Shown here: positions 48,343 to 58,467 of the stretch, in pieces
How positions within the stretch are numbered: position 1 is the stretch's first letter
Layout of the letters: each line of letters opens with the position of its first letter
Assembly (NCBI GenBank): GCA_040904565.1
Contig: JBBDTI010000031.1
Span: 39,056-103,055, forward strand
Direction: 5' to 3'
DNA: 64,000 bases
Origin: Rhodothermales bacterium
Lineage (GTDB): Bacteria; Bacteroidota; Rhodothermia; Rhodothermales; VXPQ01
The notes under the pieces: model-generated
Database searches by the model: none
What the model saw: only the letters and a program-made list of their open reading frames with translations
What the model was told of the DNA's origin: nothing
Made by a program: the position numbers and the translations under genes

Positions 48343-49545
48343 ATGACCATGACCACTGCCGTTTATTTTTTTGCCGTTCCGGCTGCCACCTATCTCACGC
48401 TCGTCGCTGCCGGTGCCGTGGGATTCCGGCGGACGGGGATGGCGGTGCCTTCGCGAGGGGGCGATGGGTCGCTCCCGTCGGTCAGCGTCGTCAACCCGGC
48501 TCGCAATGAGGAAGGCGCCATCCGCGCCTGCATCGAATCCGTCCTGGCGAACGAGTATCCGGACGACCGGTTGGAGGTCATCGTCGTCGACGATGGTTCG
48601 GAAGATCGAACGCCGGTCATCGTGCGGCAGATGGCCGGCCGCCGGAGACGTGCTGCCGCCGGGTACGAACCGGACGAAACGGGCCTCAATGCGGGCGGCG
48701 AGATCCTCAGGCTGGTGAACGTTTCGCACGATCCGGACCAGCGGATCGCGCACAAGAAGGAGGCGCTTCGCCGCGGGGTCGAGGCGTCCAGGGGGAGGAT
48801 CATCCTGACGACCGACGCCGATTGCAGGGTCGAGCCGACGTGGATCCGGGCAATGGTCGACCGTTTCGACGACGACACGGGCATGGTTACGGGCCCCGTC
48901 CTGTATCGTCGCGACGGCTCGTTTTTTGGAGACGTGCAGGCTCTCGAGTTCCTCGGACTCGTTGCCCTGGGAGGCGGGCTGGCCGCCGTCGGCCGCCCGC
49001 ATCTGTGCAACAGCGCAAACCTCGCGTATCGCCGCGAGGTGTATGAAGAGATCGGTGGCTACGAAGAACTCGGACACGTTTCGACGGGGGACGATGAAAT
49101 GCTCATGCATCGCGTGGCGTTCGATACGTCGTGGAAGGTGCGTACCTGCATGCAGGCGGAGGCCGTCGTGGAGACCGAGGCAAATCAATCCCTGAAGGAA
49201 TTCTTTCAGCAGCGCCGCCGCTGGGCGTCCGCCCATGCCAGATATCCGCACGTCCATCTCGTCGTCATCAGCGTTCTGTGCTACATCTTCTACGTCGGAC
49301 TGGCAGGCGGACTGGCTGCTGCGCTGTTTTGGCCGGATGTGCGAGGGATCGTAGCCCTGTCGTTCGTGTTGAAAGGTGCCATAGAAGCATCCCTCCTCGT
49401 CCCAGCATCAACGCGGTTCGAGCGAACTGCGTTGATGCGTCTTTTCATTCCCGCACAGTTCCTTCAGATCATCTACGTTCTGGTGATCGGTGTCGCCGGA
49501 ACGTTCGGAAGCTATGAATGGAAGGGACGCCGCGTACCGCGGTAG
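48343..49545 (+). CDS. Membrane glycosyltransferase family 2
   Basis: PARNEE, VDDGSED, TDAD, GDD, QRRRW; C-terminal TM helices. Confidence 0.9.
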   Translation: MTMTTAVYFFAVPAATYLTLVAAGAVGFRRTGMAVPSRGGDGSLPSVSVVNPARNEEGAIRACIESVLANEYPDDRLEVIVVDDGSEDRTPVIVRQMAGRRRRAAAGYEPDETGLNAGGEILRLVNVSHDPDQRIAHKKEALRRGVEASRGRIILTTDADCRVEPTWIRAMVDRFDDDTGMVTGPVLYRRDGSFFGDVQALEFLGLVALGGGLAAVGRPHLCNSANLAYRREVYEEIGGYEELGHVSTGDDEMLMHRVAFDTSWKVRTCMQAEAVVETEANQSLKEFFQQRRRWASAHARYPHVHLVVISVLCYIFYVGLAGGLAAALFWPDVRGIVALSFVLKGAIEASLLVPASTRFERTALMRLFIPAQFLQIIYVLVIGVAGTFGSYEWKGRRVPR

Positions 49546-49569
49546 TAAGGCGAACTCTCGAACACCCGC

Positions 49570-50103
49570 ATGTCCGACAGCACGAGATTCGACGTAGCAG
49601 TCGTTGAGAAGGCCCGCAAGGGAGACGACGCGGCCCTGCGAACGGTCGTGGAAAAGGTCGAGCCGATGCTGCGGGCCTATTTCACGTCGCGTATAGGCCG
49701 ACGTTCGGAAGTCGACGATCTGGTGCAGAATACGCTCGTCCGCCTGCATCGCGGCATCAGCGACCTCAATGACGCCAGACGATTGAAGTCGTTCACGATG
49801 AAGGCAGCCGTATTCGAGCTGCAGGACTACTATCGCGGGAGGTACCGTGCGAAAGAGCACCTCTACGATCCCGATCATCCGCCCACCGCTGCCTCTTCGT
49901 CGGAGCCACCGGCCGGCACCCACTACGATTTCGAGCGGGTGATGAGCATTCTGTCCGACAAGGCCCGCACTATTCTCGAGATGCGCGAGTACGGCTATCT
50001 GTATGCCGAGATCGCTGATGCACTCGACACCACGGAGGCTGCCGTGAAAATGCAGGTCAAGCGGGCGTTCGAGAAGCTTCGTGAGACGTTCGATGACACC
50101 TGA
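49570..50103 (+). CDS. ECF RNA polymerase sigma factor
   Basis: DDLVQ region 2; region 4 Y.EIADAL..TEAAVK..V.RA. Confidence 0.9.
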   Translation: MSDSTRFDVAVVEKARKGDDAALRTVVEKVEPMLRAYFTSRIGRRSEVDDLVQNTLVRLHRGISDLNDARRLKSFTMKAAVFELQDYYRGRYRAKEHLYDPDHPPTAASSSEPPAGTHYDFERVMSILSDKARTILEMREYGYLYAEIADALDTTEAAVKMQVKRAFEKLRETFDDT

Positions 50104-50117
50104 ACTGGAAAAACTCC

Positions 50118-50144
50118 GTTACCTTTCGCGCGCTTCTGGCGGCT
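50118..50144 (+). promoter_or_regulatory. Possible ECF-type promoter upstream of fecR-like gene
   Basis: GTTACC-16 nt-CGGCT resembles ECF -35/-10 elements; weak inference. Confidence 0.3.
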
Positions 50145-50254
50145 TACAAGAAGCACGAGCTACGGCTAGATCTGCCTCCGCCGGGGTGTCGTGCCGCCAT
50201 CGATACGTATGTGTCGATATCCATTTATCGATTTTCCACCCGCAAGGCTAGCTA

Positions 50255-51457
50255 ATGGACCCCTCGATCGAACATATCGTCTTCTACGACGATTTGTCTG
50301 CCGAGCAGACGGGCGAGTTGCGACGGATCGTTGCCATCGATCCGGAGGCGGAAGCCCTGCTGCTCCGCTGGCGCGCCGTTCGGACGGAGCTCGCGCGTGC
50401 GCTCAATACAGATATGGTGGACCGGGAGGTCTTTCTCCTTTACGTCCTCTCGCGGCACGGGCGCAGTCGTTCGCTTTCGCCTGCTGAACGAGACCGCGTC
50501 GAAGAGGCCGCTCCCGAGATCGAGAAGGCGCTCCGCCGCCGTTCGAGCCTGTCGATAATTGCAAAGCAGGTGCGTTCGGACGTAGAGGCGTTTGAGGCGA
50601 TCTGGAGCGACTGGTTTGACGACACGGATGCAACGAAAGGCGACGGGCGTTCTGCATCGCCGCGACGTGCCGTTCGCCGCGCTCGTCCGGCCGTTGCTCG
50701 ACGCTCCGGCGCGCGACGCTGGGTCGTTCGCGCAGGAATTGGAGTTACTTTCGCCGTTTTTGCGGCGCTCCTTATTCTTGTAGGTCAGCGTGAGTTCGCC
50801 TCTGAGACGATAACGACGGCGCCGGGTGAGGTGCACGTGGTAGAAATCGGTGGTGGCTCGGTCGTCCGCATGCTCGGCGATTCCCGCCTCACGTACGTCC
50901 CTCCGGGAAGGGGCTTCCTGGTGGATCGGCAAGCCGCGTTCGAGGGGCGGGGGTTTTTCGACATCGCGCCGGCGGCTCGGGGGTTTGTATTGAAGACGCC
51001 GAACGCTCAGGCCGTGGTGCTGGGTACGTCCTTCGGGGTGCAGGCGGACGAAAATGTGACCGAGGTCGTGCTTTCGCAAGGAAGCCTGTCACTGGCATCT
51101 CGCCAGACGCCGGACCGTGTCGTGGTGCTGTCATCCGGCCAGCTGAGCCGGGTCGCCGCCTCGCAGCTCCCGTCGGACCCCGTCGACGTGCGCGTACACG
51201 ATCGGCTGGCATGGACCGGGCTGTTCGTGTTCAGGGCCACGACGGTCCGAGACATCCTGACGACGTTGAACCAGGCATACGACGTCCCGTTGACGGCGGA
51301 CGAGCCCCTTCTGGAGGAACGCGTGACGGGCCGGTTCGAACGGACGCAGACGCTCGACGATATCCTCGATGTGATCGCGGCCTCCGTAGGAGCCCGGGTG
51401 GAAGCGACATCGGAGGGAGCCTATCGCCTCGCCGCCTCCCCGTCACCACGCCGGTAG
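50255..51457 (+). CDS. FecR family anti-sigma/sensor
   Basis: TM, G.GFFDI, VLGTSFGV, AW..G.FVF; between ECF sigma and TonB receptor. Confidence 0.9.
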   Translation: MDPSIEHIVFYDDLSAEQTGELRRIVAIDPEAEALLLRWRAVRTELARALNTDMVDREVFLLYVLSRHGRSRSLSPAERDRVEEAAPEIEKALRRRSSLSIIAKQVRSDVEAFEAIWSDWFDDTDATKGDGRSASPRRAVRRARPAVARRSGARRWVVRAGIGVTFAVFAALLILVGQREFASETITTAPGEVHVVEIGGGSVVRMLGDSRLTYVPPGRGFLVDRQAAFEGRGFFDIAPAARGFVLKTPNAQAVVLGTSFGVQADENVTEVVLSQGSLSLASRQTPDRVVVLSSGQLSRVAASQLPSDPVDVRVHDRLAWTGLFVFRATTVRDILTTLNQAYDVPLTADEPLLEERVTGRFERTQTLDDILDVIAASVGARVEATSEGAYRLAASPSPRR

Positions 51458-51575
51458 AACGTGAAGGCCCGGTCGGCGCGCGCACGACAGCCGGCCACGC
51501 CCCGTTGAACAGCGACCGTCCCAGGATTATCTTTTGCCCCAGCCGAACTGGCGGCAAATCAATATCGTGGGCGGT

Positions 51576-54197
51576 GTGCGCAAGCTCTTTTCCCTTATAG
51601 TTCTCCTCCTCGTCACGGCACCGGCTGCAGCGCAGGCGCTTCGGGTGGATGTGGATGACGGCGCGTTGCGGGAGGCCCTACTTACGGTGCGCGAGCAGGC
51701 CGGGGTCGATGTCGTGTTCTCAGAGCGACTCGTGCGCGGTAAACGATCGACCTGCTCCTACGACGGATCGGACGTGGTCGGTGCGCTTGCGTGCGTGCTC
51801 CGAGATACCGGACTCGAAGCCCAGCGGGTTCGGCGCAACCAGTATGTCGTCGTGCAGTCGTCGGCAGAGGCCGCCTCTTCCGAGCCGGATCGGGTGACGC
51901 TTGCCGGATACGTCGTTGATGGGCACACCGATGAGGTCCTTCCGGGCGCACACGTTTATCTGCCGGATCTCCGGGTGGGGACCGTCACGAACGAGGCCGG
52001 ATTCTTCGCCCTGCCGTCGTTGCCTCCCGTCGACTATCGCGTTCGGGTTTCCTATCTCGGATATGCGCCCGTGGAGAGGCGACTCACGGGTGGTGGGGTG
52101 AAGCATACGATACCGCTCGATCCGGCCACGCTGACGAGCGGCTCCATTCTGGTAGAAAGCGAGGCCGAGGATGAGACCGAGTTTACCAGCGTGCCCGGGC
52201 TCTTGGCGGAGTCACTGAGTCGGCTGGAGGCGCTGCCCTCCTTTCCCGGCGAGTCCGACCTGTTTCAGGCCCTGCAGTGGTTCCCTGGGATCCGGAAGAC
52301 CGGCGAAGTGAACGGAGGGATGGTGATTCGTGGAGCGCCTCCCGACCAGAATCTATATCTACTCGACGGGGCACCGGTGTATCATCCCTGGCATGCGTTC
52401 AGCCTGATCTCCATCTTCCAGACGGAAACGTTCAAGAGCATCAAGCTGTACCGCGGATCCTTCCCTTCGGAGTACGGCGGGCGGATTTCCTCCGTTCTGG
52501 ATGCGCAGATGAAAGACGGCTCCCGCCGCGGGCCGCGGCTCCTCGTGGGCCTGAGTCCAATCAGCGCCCGGTTCATCGTGGAGGCTCCGGCGGCGGAGAA
52601 CAGCTCGTTCATGGTAGCGGGGCGGCGCTCGTATATCGACAAGCTCATCGGCCGCGAGCATCCAGTGGAGAATTCGTCCGGTCGCCGCGACACGCTGCGT
52701 ACGGGGTATTACTTTTACGACGCGAGCGCAAAGTTTACACACCGCTTCCGGCGCGGCGATCGACTCTCCGTCAGCTACTACCACGGCGGCGACGACCTGG
52801 ACCTGCGGCTGCCGTTCGATCTGTCTCTCGATTTTTCCTCCTGGCTGCGGCCCACCGATCTCTTTTTCGAGGTAGTGCACCGGTGGGAAAACCGGTTGAT
52901 CAGCAGCCGCTACCAGCATCTGCTGTCCGATCGGCTGTTTGCGACCGTAACCGCGTATTCATCGTCCTATCTTGCCCGTGAAGGCGCTTTCTTGCGCCCG
53001 ACGACGACGTCGGCGATGGAATCGGACTACCGGGTCGATCTTCGTGAGACGGGTCTCAAGCTGGATGTGGAATATTTCCGATCGCTGGATCACCAATTTC
53101 AGGCGGGAATACACGCCGTAAAACGGGATTTCGAGTCCTCGCTCGATGCCACCATTCGACGTTCTGCCAGCAGCACGGACGACCTGTCGCAGGTCAGTGC
53201 CGCGAACGAGTCCGAGGTGTCGATCTACGTGCAGGACTGGTGGCAACCGGGGGACAGGTGGACCGTTAGGCCCGGCCTGCGGATGAGCGTGTTCGGTGGG
53301 GGGCTCTACACACATGCGGTTCCCGGTCTTTCCTTCGAGTACGCCGTGGACCCGCAGTTTCTACGCCTCAAGATGGGCGTGGGACGTCACGTCCAGTACC
53401 TGCACCGTCTTCGCGACCGTTATGCCTTTACGTACGATCTGGTGACCAGCCGCTGGATACCGGCCGACGAGACCGTGCAGCCCTCGACGGCATACCAGGT
53501 GTCCGGGGGATTCGCGAGTCGCCTGTCGGACGGCGTGTTGGTCGAAGCGGATGCGTACTTTCGGGATGTCGACGGGGCGCTGCTTCCGGAAGACGAGTTC
53601 CGCACGAAGAACGATCTCGTCGGTCCGGGTATCGACGTGGGTGAACTTCTCGGTCAGTACGTCCCGGGGGAAGCCAGAGCCTATGGGATCGAGCTTTCCG
53701 CCCGGGTCGTGCGCCCGGACTGGTCTCTGCGGCTCATTTATGCCGGAGGGAGGTCGCTTACGCGCTCGGCGTTGCTGGGCGAAGACTCGTATCGATCGGC
53801 CCGGTACGACGTACCTCGATCGTTGAGAGTGCTCGGTTCGCGCGAGCTGGGCAATTGGCGGCTCATGGCGTCCCTGGACCTTCGCAGCGGTTACCCGACA
53901 AGCGTCCCTGTGGCCCAGTACGTCGTCGGCGACCCCCTCGACGAAGACCAGCGGTATCTTCATCGCCCGCAGGTGAATAACGGTCGCCTGCCTCCCTATT
54001 TCAGGATGGACCTCTCCGCGGAACGCGATTTTCGGATGCTGGGGGCGGACTGGACGGCCCGCGTGCACCTCTACAATGCCATGAACCGTCGAAACGTGAT
54101 CGCCAGGCAGTATGTGCCGTCGGCCGACGGCCTGGAGGTTCAGAATCGTAGAGGACTGCCCATCCTACCACTTTTCGATATCGAAATGCGCCTCTAA
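51576..54197 (+). CDS. TonB-dependent receptor with N-terminal signalling (STN) domain
   Basis: Signal peptide, STN-like segment, carboxypeptidase-like domain (V.YLGY), plug RG..PDQN..LLDG.PVY, YGGR.SSV. Confidence 0.92.
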   Translation: MRKLFSLIVLLLVTAPAAAQALRVDVDDGALREALLTVREQAGVDVVFSERLVRGKRSTCSYDGSDVVGALACVLRDTGLEAQRVRRNQYVVVQSSAEAASSEPDRVTLAGYVVDGHTDEVLPGAHVYLPDLRVGTVTNEAGFFALPSLPPVDYRVRVSYLGYAPVERRLTGGGVKHTIPLDPATLTSGSILVESEAEDETEFTSVPGLLAESLSRLEALPSFPGESDLFQALQWFPGIRKTGEVNGGMVIRGAPPDQNLYLLDGAPVYHPWHAFSLISIFQTETFKSIKLYRGSFPSEYGGRISSVLDAQMKDGSRRGPRLLVGLSPISARFIVEAPAAENSSFMVAGRRSYIDKLIGREHPVENSSGRRDTLRTGYYFYDASAKFTHRFRRGDRLSVSYYHGGDDLDLRLPFDLSLDFSSWLRPTDLFFEVVHRWENRLISSRYQHLLSDRLFATVTAYSSSYLAREGAFLRPTTTSAMESDYRVDLRETGLKLDVEYFRSLDHQFQAGIHAVKRDFESSLDATIRRSASSTDDLSQVSAANESEVSIYVQDWWQPGDRWTVRPGLRMSVFGGGLYTHAVPGLSFEYAVDPQFLRLKMGVGRHVQYLHRLRDRYAFTYDLVTSRWIPADETVQPSTAYQVSGGFASRLSDGVLVEADAYFRDVDGALLPEDEFRTKNDLVGPGIDVGELLGQYVPGEARAYGIELSARVVRPDWSLRLIYAGGRSLTRSALLGEDSYRSARYDVPRSLRVLGSRELGNWRLMASLDLRSGYPTSVPVAQYVVGDPLDEDQRYLHRPQVNNGRLPPYFRMDLSAERDFRMLGADWTARVHLYNAMNRRNVIARQYVPSADGLEVQNRRGLPILPLFDIEMRL

Positions 54198-54198
54198 C

Positions 54199-55152
54199 GT
54201 GCACCTCCGGACCCACATATCGATGGTCTGCCTGATGGCCGCGCTGATGCTCTTCGGCACGGCTTGCGACACCGTGGCCCCGGTCGACGAATCGCGACTC
54301 GTGGTCGAGGGCTACCTGACCAGTGGCGGGCCACTTTCAACCGTTCAGGTCCGGCGCACGGTCTCCCCGAACGGTCCGTACGATCCCGCTCGAGCCGCCG
54401 TGGACGATGCGACGGTTGAGCTATTCATCGGGGGGTCCACGATTTCCTTTGCCCCGGACTCGAAGGAAAAAGGAACGTACCGTCCCGGCTCCACGGGTGA
54501 GACGATGGTGGCGGCCGGACAATCGTTTTCCTTTCGGGCGGCCTGGCGGGGTACCGTCGCGGAGGCTTCCGGCATCGTACCTCCTACCGTAAAGCTCGGT
54601 GAAGTGGACGTAACGGTGCCGGACGAACCGATATCCGCGGTGCTGCTGGATTCACTCGTGCTGTCCGACTCCATCGCTACAGGGCTTTACACCGGATATA
54701 TCTATCCGATAGAGGTCGCGATCTCCTGGAACGACACGACGGTGCAGGGGTGGTCGCCGGAGTCGTCGTGGATCCGTGCACAGATCAGACCGTTTTCCGC
54801 ATTCTCTTCCCCAGTGATCGATCTCTTTCTGCGATCCGACGAAATATTCAGAGAAGCAGAGCAGATGACGATCGACGGGAAACGAAGGTGGACCGGTCTC
54901 TATGCCGTCGGCGTCAGGAATGAGGACGACCCGCTACCACTTCACCGCGTGCGCATATCCATCATACGTTCAAGCTCCGATTACGCCCGCTTCGCGGCCA
55001 GCAAGGACGCCCCCGAGCGGCGTGAGCCGGTTACCAACCTCAGTGGTGCCGTCGGCATTTTCGCAGCCATCGCCGTCGACTCCGTAGACGTGTACGTGGA
55101 GCCGGACGGATCATCGTCGATAGCATCCCATCCGCGAGAAGTGGTACGATGA
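54199..55152 (+). CDS. DUF4249-like lipoprotein
   Basis: Lipobox GTAC, LVVEGYL, C-terminal TNLSGAVGIFAA; follows TonB receptor. Confidence 0.8.
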   Translation: MHLRTHISMVCLMAALMLFGTACDTVAPVDESRLVVEGYLTSGGPLSTVQVRRTVSPNGPYDPARAAVDDATVELFIGGSTISFAPDSKEKGTYRPGSTGETMVAAGQSFSFRAAWRGTVAEASGIVPPTVKLGEVDVTVPDEPISAVLLDSLVLSDSIATGLYTGYIYPIEVAISWNDTTVQGWSPESSWIRAQIRPFSAFSSPVIDLFLRSDEIFREAEQMTIDGKRRWTGLYAVGVRNEDDPLPLHRVRISIIRSSSDYARFAASKDAPERREPVTNLSGAVGIFAAIAVDSVDVYVEPDGSSSIASHPREVVR

Positions 55153-55811
55153 CGGATAATATGGACCTGCGTCCAGGAAGCATCACCTCCATTCGAGCAC
55201 AGTCCCAATCGCCGGATCGCGTATCCGTGTATATCGACGATGCGTTTGCCTTTGGCATGCATCGCGATCTCCTGCTGGAGTTCGACCTCGCGAAGGGTAC
55301 GGAGCTGACCGTTGACAAGCAGCAGGAGATCGTGCGCCGCGACGCCTTCTTCAAAGCGCGAGCGGCCGCCGTTCGTTACCTGTCGTACCGAGATCGCTCG
55401 GCGGCTGAAATCCGACGGAGGCTGGAGCGCGGCGAATACGGAGCGCACGTGATCGAGGACGTCGTTCACGACCTGGAAGAGAAGAACCTGGTCGATGATC
55501 ACCGATTTGCTCTCACGTATGCGGAGGGGCGATTTCACTCAGGTGGTTACGGCCCGGTGCGCGTTCGGTCCGACCTCATGAAGAAGGGCGTCAAGACGGA
55601 AGCGGTCGATGCGGCCGTGTCGACCGTCTTTTCCGAGCGGGACGAGGTGCTAGGACGTGCGCGGGAGATGGGCGTGAAGCGGTGGGGGCAGCTGGAACGT
55701 GAGGACGATCCGCTTCGGAAAAAAAAGAAAGTCTACGACTATCTGGCCCGGCGCGGCTTTCCCTTCGACATGGCGCGGCGCATCGTAAATGAACTGCAGG
55801 ACGACACGTGA
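55149..55811 (+). CDS. recX: Regulatory protein RecX
   Basis: RVSVYID..FAFG, YLSYRDRS..EI, DD.RFA, YGP..VR..L..KGV, YLARRGF. Confidence 0.92.
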   Translation: MTDNMDLRPGSITSIRAQSQSPDRVSVYIDDAFAFGMHRDLLLEFDLAKGTELTVDKQQEIVRRDAFFKARAAAVRYLSYRDRSAAEIRRRLERGEYGAHVIEDVVHDLEEKNLVDDHRFALTYAEGRFHSGGYGPVRVRSDLMKKGVKTEAVDAAVSTVFSERDEVLGRAREMGVKRWGQLEREDDPLRKKKKVYDYLARRGFPFDMARRIVNELQDDT

Positions 55812-56018
55812 GCTACGGTGACGACTCCCCGACGAAGAGCGCCGGGTCGTCGAGCGGATGCATGCCGGCGCATCTTTCTCGATCTGTCGTTCGTTTACGG
55901 CAACACGGGTGCGGCGTGCTCGGCCGGGCGCATCGGGCTCGCGAATTGGGGGCAGGCGGCGGTAGGGGCCCGCAGCATCTACGACAGCGTCGAGAGGGCG
56001 AAGTAGTCAGAGAATGCG

Positions 56019-57467
56019 ATGAATGAAGGAAAGCACGAACCGAGTGAACCACGAGAGGGGGCGTACGAGCGTGAACATCCCTCCGAGTTCGCCTCCTCGG
56101 GTGAACAGTTGCCCTCCGGGTTCACCGTCGACCGAGTCATCCGGGTAGCGCTTGGGACAGGGCTCGTGGCGGCCGTAGCCTGGTTGATCTGGTACTTTTC
56201 GTCGCTCGTCCTTTTTCTCGTGATAGGCGTGGTGCTGGCCTATCTGATGCGCCCCCTGGTGGATCGCCTGCAGGGGTGGGGCGTGGCACGCATCCCGGCC
56301 ATTATGGCGACGTTCGTCCTCGTCTTCGGCGGACTCGTCGTCTTGATCACTCAGCTTGCGCCCTTCGCCACCGACCAGCTTCGCGAGCTGTCTCAGCAGG
56401 TCAACTTTCAGCAGGCAGCGCAGATTACGGCGGTGGACGCGCAGGGACCGGCGGATGCTGCGGGGCTGGACGCGGGCGATGCCATCGTCGCCGTAGACGG
56501 GCAGCCGTGGGATGGGTTCAGCCAGTTGCAATCTATACTTCATGCGAAGCAAGCTGGAGATTCCCTCCAGGTGGAAGCCGAGACGCAAGGCGGAGATCGC
56601 GTCCGGCGGATCTTGATCTTGCGGGACCCTGATCCATCACGGGGAGATCAACCGGTCGGCGACGATGAGCGATACGTCGCTGCGCTGGGCGTAACCGCGC
56701 GCGACGTGACCCTCTCTAACGTCGCCATCGCCATCGAGCGGAGAATCCGGACCGTGCTTCCGATCGAGCGGGGCACCATTGTGAACGGCGTTGCGACCGG
56801 CCTCAATCGGATTTTTGGAGACGATCAGGTGGCCGCCGTCGCCGGGTCGATCGTCGGCTTGTTCACCAATATCTTCTACGCCGTACTGGTGATTCCATTC
56901 GTGGCCTTCTTTTTTCTGAAAGACGGCACTCAGCTGCGGAGAAGCCTGCTGCGCCTCGTACCCAATCGATACTTCGAGCTGACGCTCTCGCTGATCGGAA
57001 AGATCGAGACCATCGTCGGCCGCTATTTTCGGGCGCTCTCGTTTCAGGTGCTCGCGATCGCGGTGGTGGCCTCGACGCTGCTCTACGTCGTCGGACTGCA
57101 GTATGCGGTTGCGGTGGGTGTCTTTACCGGTCTGGCGAATACGATACCGTACTTCGGACCGCTGATGGGCTTCGTGGCCGGTACGCTGGTCGGCGTCGTA
57201 CAGACGGGTGACTTTACGCTCGTGCCGGGTGTGATCCTCGCGATGGTGCTGACGCAGGCGGCCGACAACGTGATTTTCCAGCCGTATATCTTCTCGCGCG
57301 CTGCGCAGGCCCATCCGCTCGTCATTCTCTTCGCGGTTCTGATCGGAGCGCAGATTGCCGGCATCATCGGGATGCTTGTCGCGATACCCCTGATGACCAT
57401 CGTCCGCGTAGCCGTCCAGCAGGTGCTCTGGAGCCTGCGCAACTATCGTATTCTCAAGTCGGCATGA
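56019..57467 (+). CDS. AI-2E family transporter with inserted PDZ domain
   Basis: LAYL..PLV, FFFLKDG, NTIPYFGP, HPL, G..GMLVAIP; PDZ-like segment about 56415-56625. Confidence 0.88.
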   Translation: MNEGKHEPSEPREGAYEREHPSEFASSGEQLPSGFTVDRVIRVALGTGLVAAVAWLIWYFSSLVLFLVIGVVLAYLMRPLVDRLQGWGVARIPAIMATFVLVFGGLVVLITQLAPFATDQLRELSQQVNFQQAAQITAVDAQGPADAAGLDAGDAIVAVDGQPWDGFSQLQSILHAKQAGDSLQVEAETQGGDRVRRILILRDPDPSRGDQPVGDDERYVAALGVTARDVTLSNVAIAIERRIRTVLPIERGTIVNGVATGLNRIFGDDQVAAVAGSIVGLFTNIFYAVLVIPFVAFFFLKDGTQLRRSLLRLVPNRYFELTLSLIGKIETIVGRYFRALSFQVLAIAVVASTLLYVVGLQYAVAVGVFTGLANTIPYFGPLMGFVAGTLVGVVQTGDFTLVPGVILAMVLTQAADNVIFQPYIFSRAAQAHPLVILFAVLIGAQIAGIIGMLVAIPLMTIVRVAVQQVLWSLRNYRILKSA

Positions 57468-57470
57468 AGG

Positions 57471-58304
57471 ATGTGGATCATGGCTGGCGATGCTAAACGT
57501 GCGGCGAACGAGCTCGTGTCGCGCTTTGCCGTGCGCCCGGCGGTGGCGCTCGTTCTCGGCTCAGGTCTCGGTGCCCTGGCGAAGTCCGTCACCGATGCGG
57601 TTGTCGTACCGACGCACAACGTCGCGGGATATCCAGCCTCGACGGTAGCCGGCCACCAGGGTCGCCTGGTCTTCGGACGGCTGGAAGACGTCTCCATCCT
57701 GATCGTGCAGGGTCGCTTGCACCTCTACGAAGGATATAGCGTCGGTCAGATTACCTACCCGATACGCCTGATGCATGCGCTTGGCGTCCGCCGCGTGCTG
57801 CTCACGAATGCGGCGGGCGGTATCCATCCGACGTTGTCGCCCGGGACGTTGATGTTCATCACGGATCACATCAACGCATCCGGGGCAACCCTCACCGGGT
57901 CCGCTGCGCTCTCTGGCACGGCTGCGCCCGAGGCCGTTCGGACGCGCGATGACACGGTACCGTACGACATACAGTGGCTCGATCGTACAGAACGCGCCGC
58001 GCTTCGATTGGGCATTGCTACGAGACGCGGAACGTACGTGTGGACCCGCGGGCCGTGCTACGAGACGAAAGCGGAGATCGGCGCGTTTCGCCGGCTGGGA
58101 GGAGACGCCGTCGGGATGAGCACCGTCCCCGAGGCGCTCCAGGCTTCCGCCCTCGGCATGGACGTGCTCGGTATCTCGACGATTACCAACGCGGCCGCCG
58201 GGCTGTCCGATGCGACGTTGTCGCACGAAGACGTGCTGGCGGTCGGCGAACGTGTTCGCGGCGATCTCGAACGGCTCGTTCGCGCCACGTTGAAGGGATA
58301 CTAG
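57471..58304 (+). CDS. punA: Purine-nucleoside phosphorylase (trimeric type)
   Basis: VLGSGLG, STVAGH.G, GRLHLYEG, TNAAGG, YET.AE, VGMSTVPE. Confidence 0.93.
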   Translation: MWIMAGDAKRAANELVSRFAVRPAVALVLGSGLGALAKSVTDAVVVPTHNVAGYPASTVAGHQGRLVFGRLEDVSILIVQGRLHLYEGYSVGQITYPIRLMHALGVRRVLLTNAAGGIHPTLSPGTLMFITDHINASGATLTGSAALSGTAAPEAVRTRDDTVPYDIQWLDRTERAALRLGIATRRGTYVWTRGPCYETKAEIGAFRRLGGDAVGMSTVPEALQASALGMDVLGISTITNAAAGLSDATLSHEDVLAVGERVRGDLERLVRATLKGY

Positions 58305-58467
58305 CGGTTCCCTGGGGGACGACCAGTCCTTCAAGATCTCCGGAAGACGTTCGCCGACACTGATCTTGTCGGATGAAGGATCCGTATATATTAGCTTAGC
58401 GGTTTCATGCGTGCTGCGTGATGTCGTCCTTTCATTGAATGCCGTGCCTTTGCCTAGTTCGTTGCCC

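Noticed and set aside
48366-48372. T7 tract at the start of the GT2 gene as a phase-variation switch
   Set aside because: Short, in frame, explained by Tyr-Phe-Phe codons
55719-55727. A AAA AAG slippery site in recX
   Set aside because: Encodes a Lys run in a conserved basic helix; the -1 frame stops after about 21 codons and no strong stimulator follows
55808-56026. Small ORFs between recX and the AI-2E gene
   Set aside because: No recognisable motif in any frame; cannot choose a frame with support
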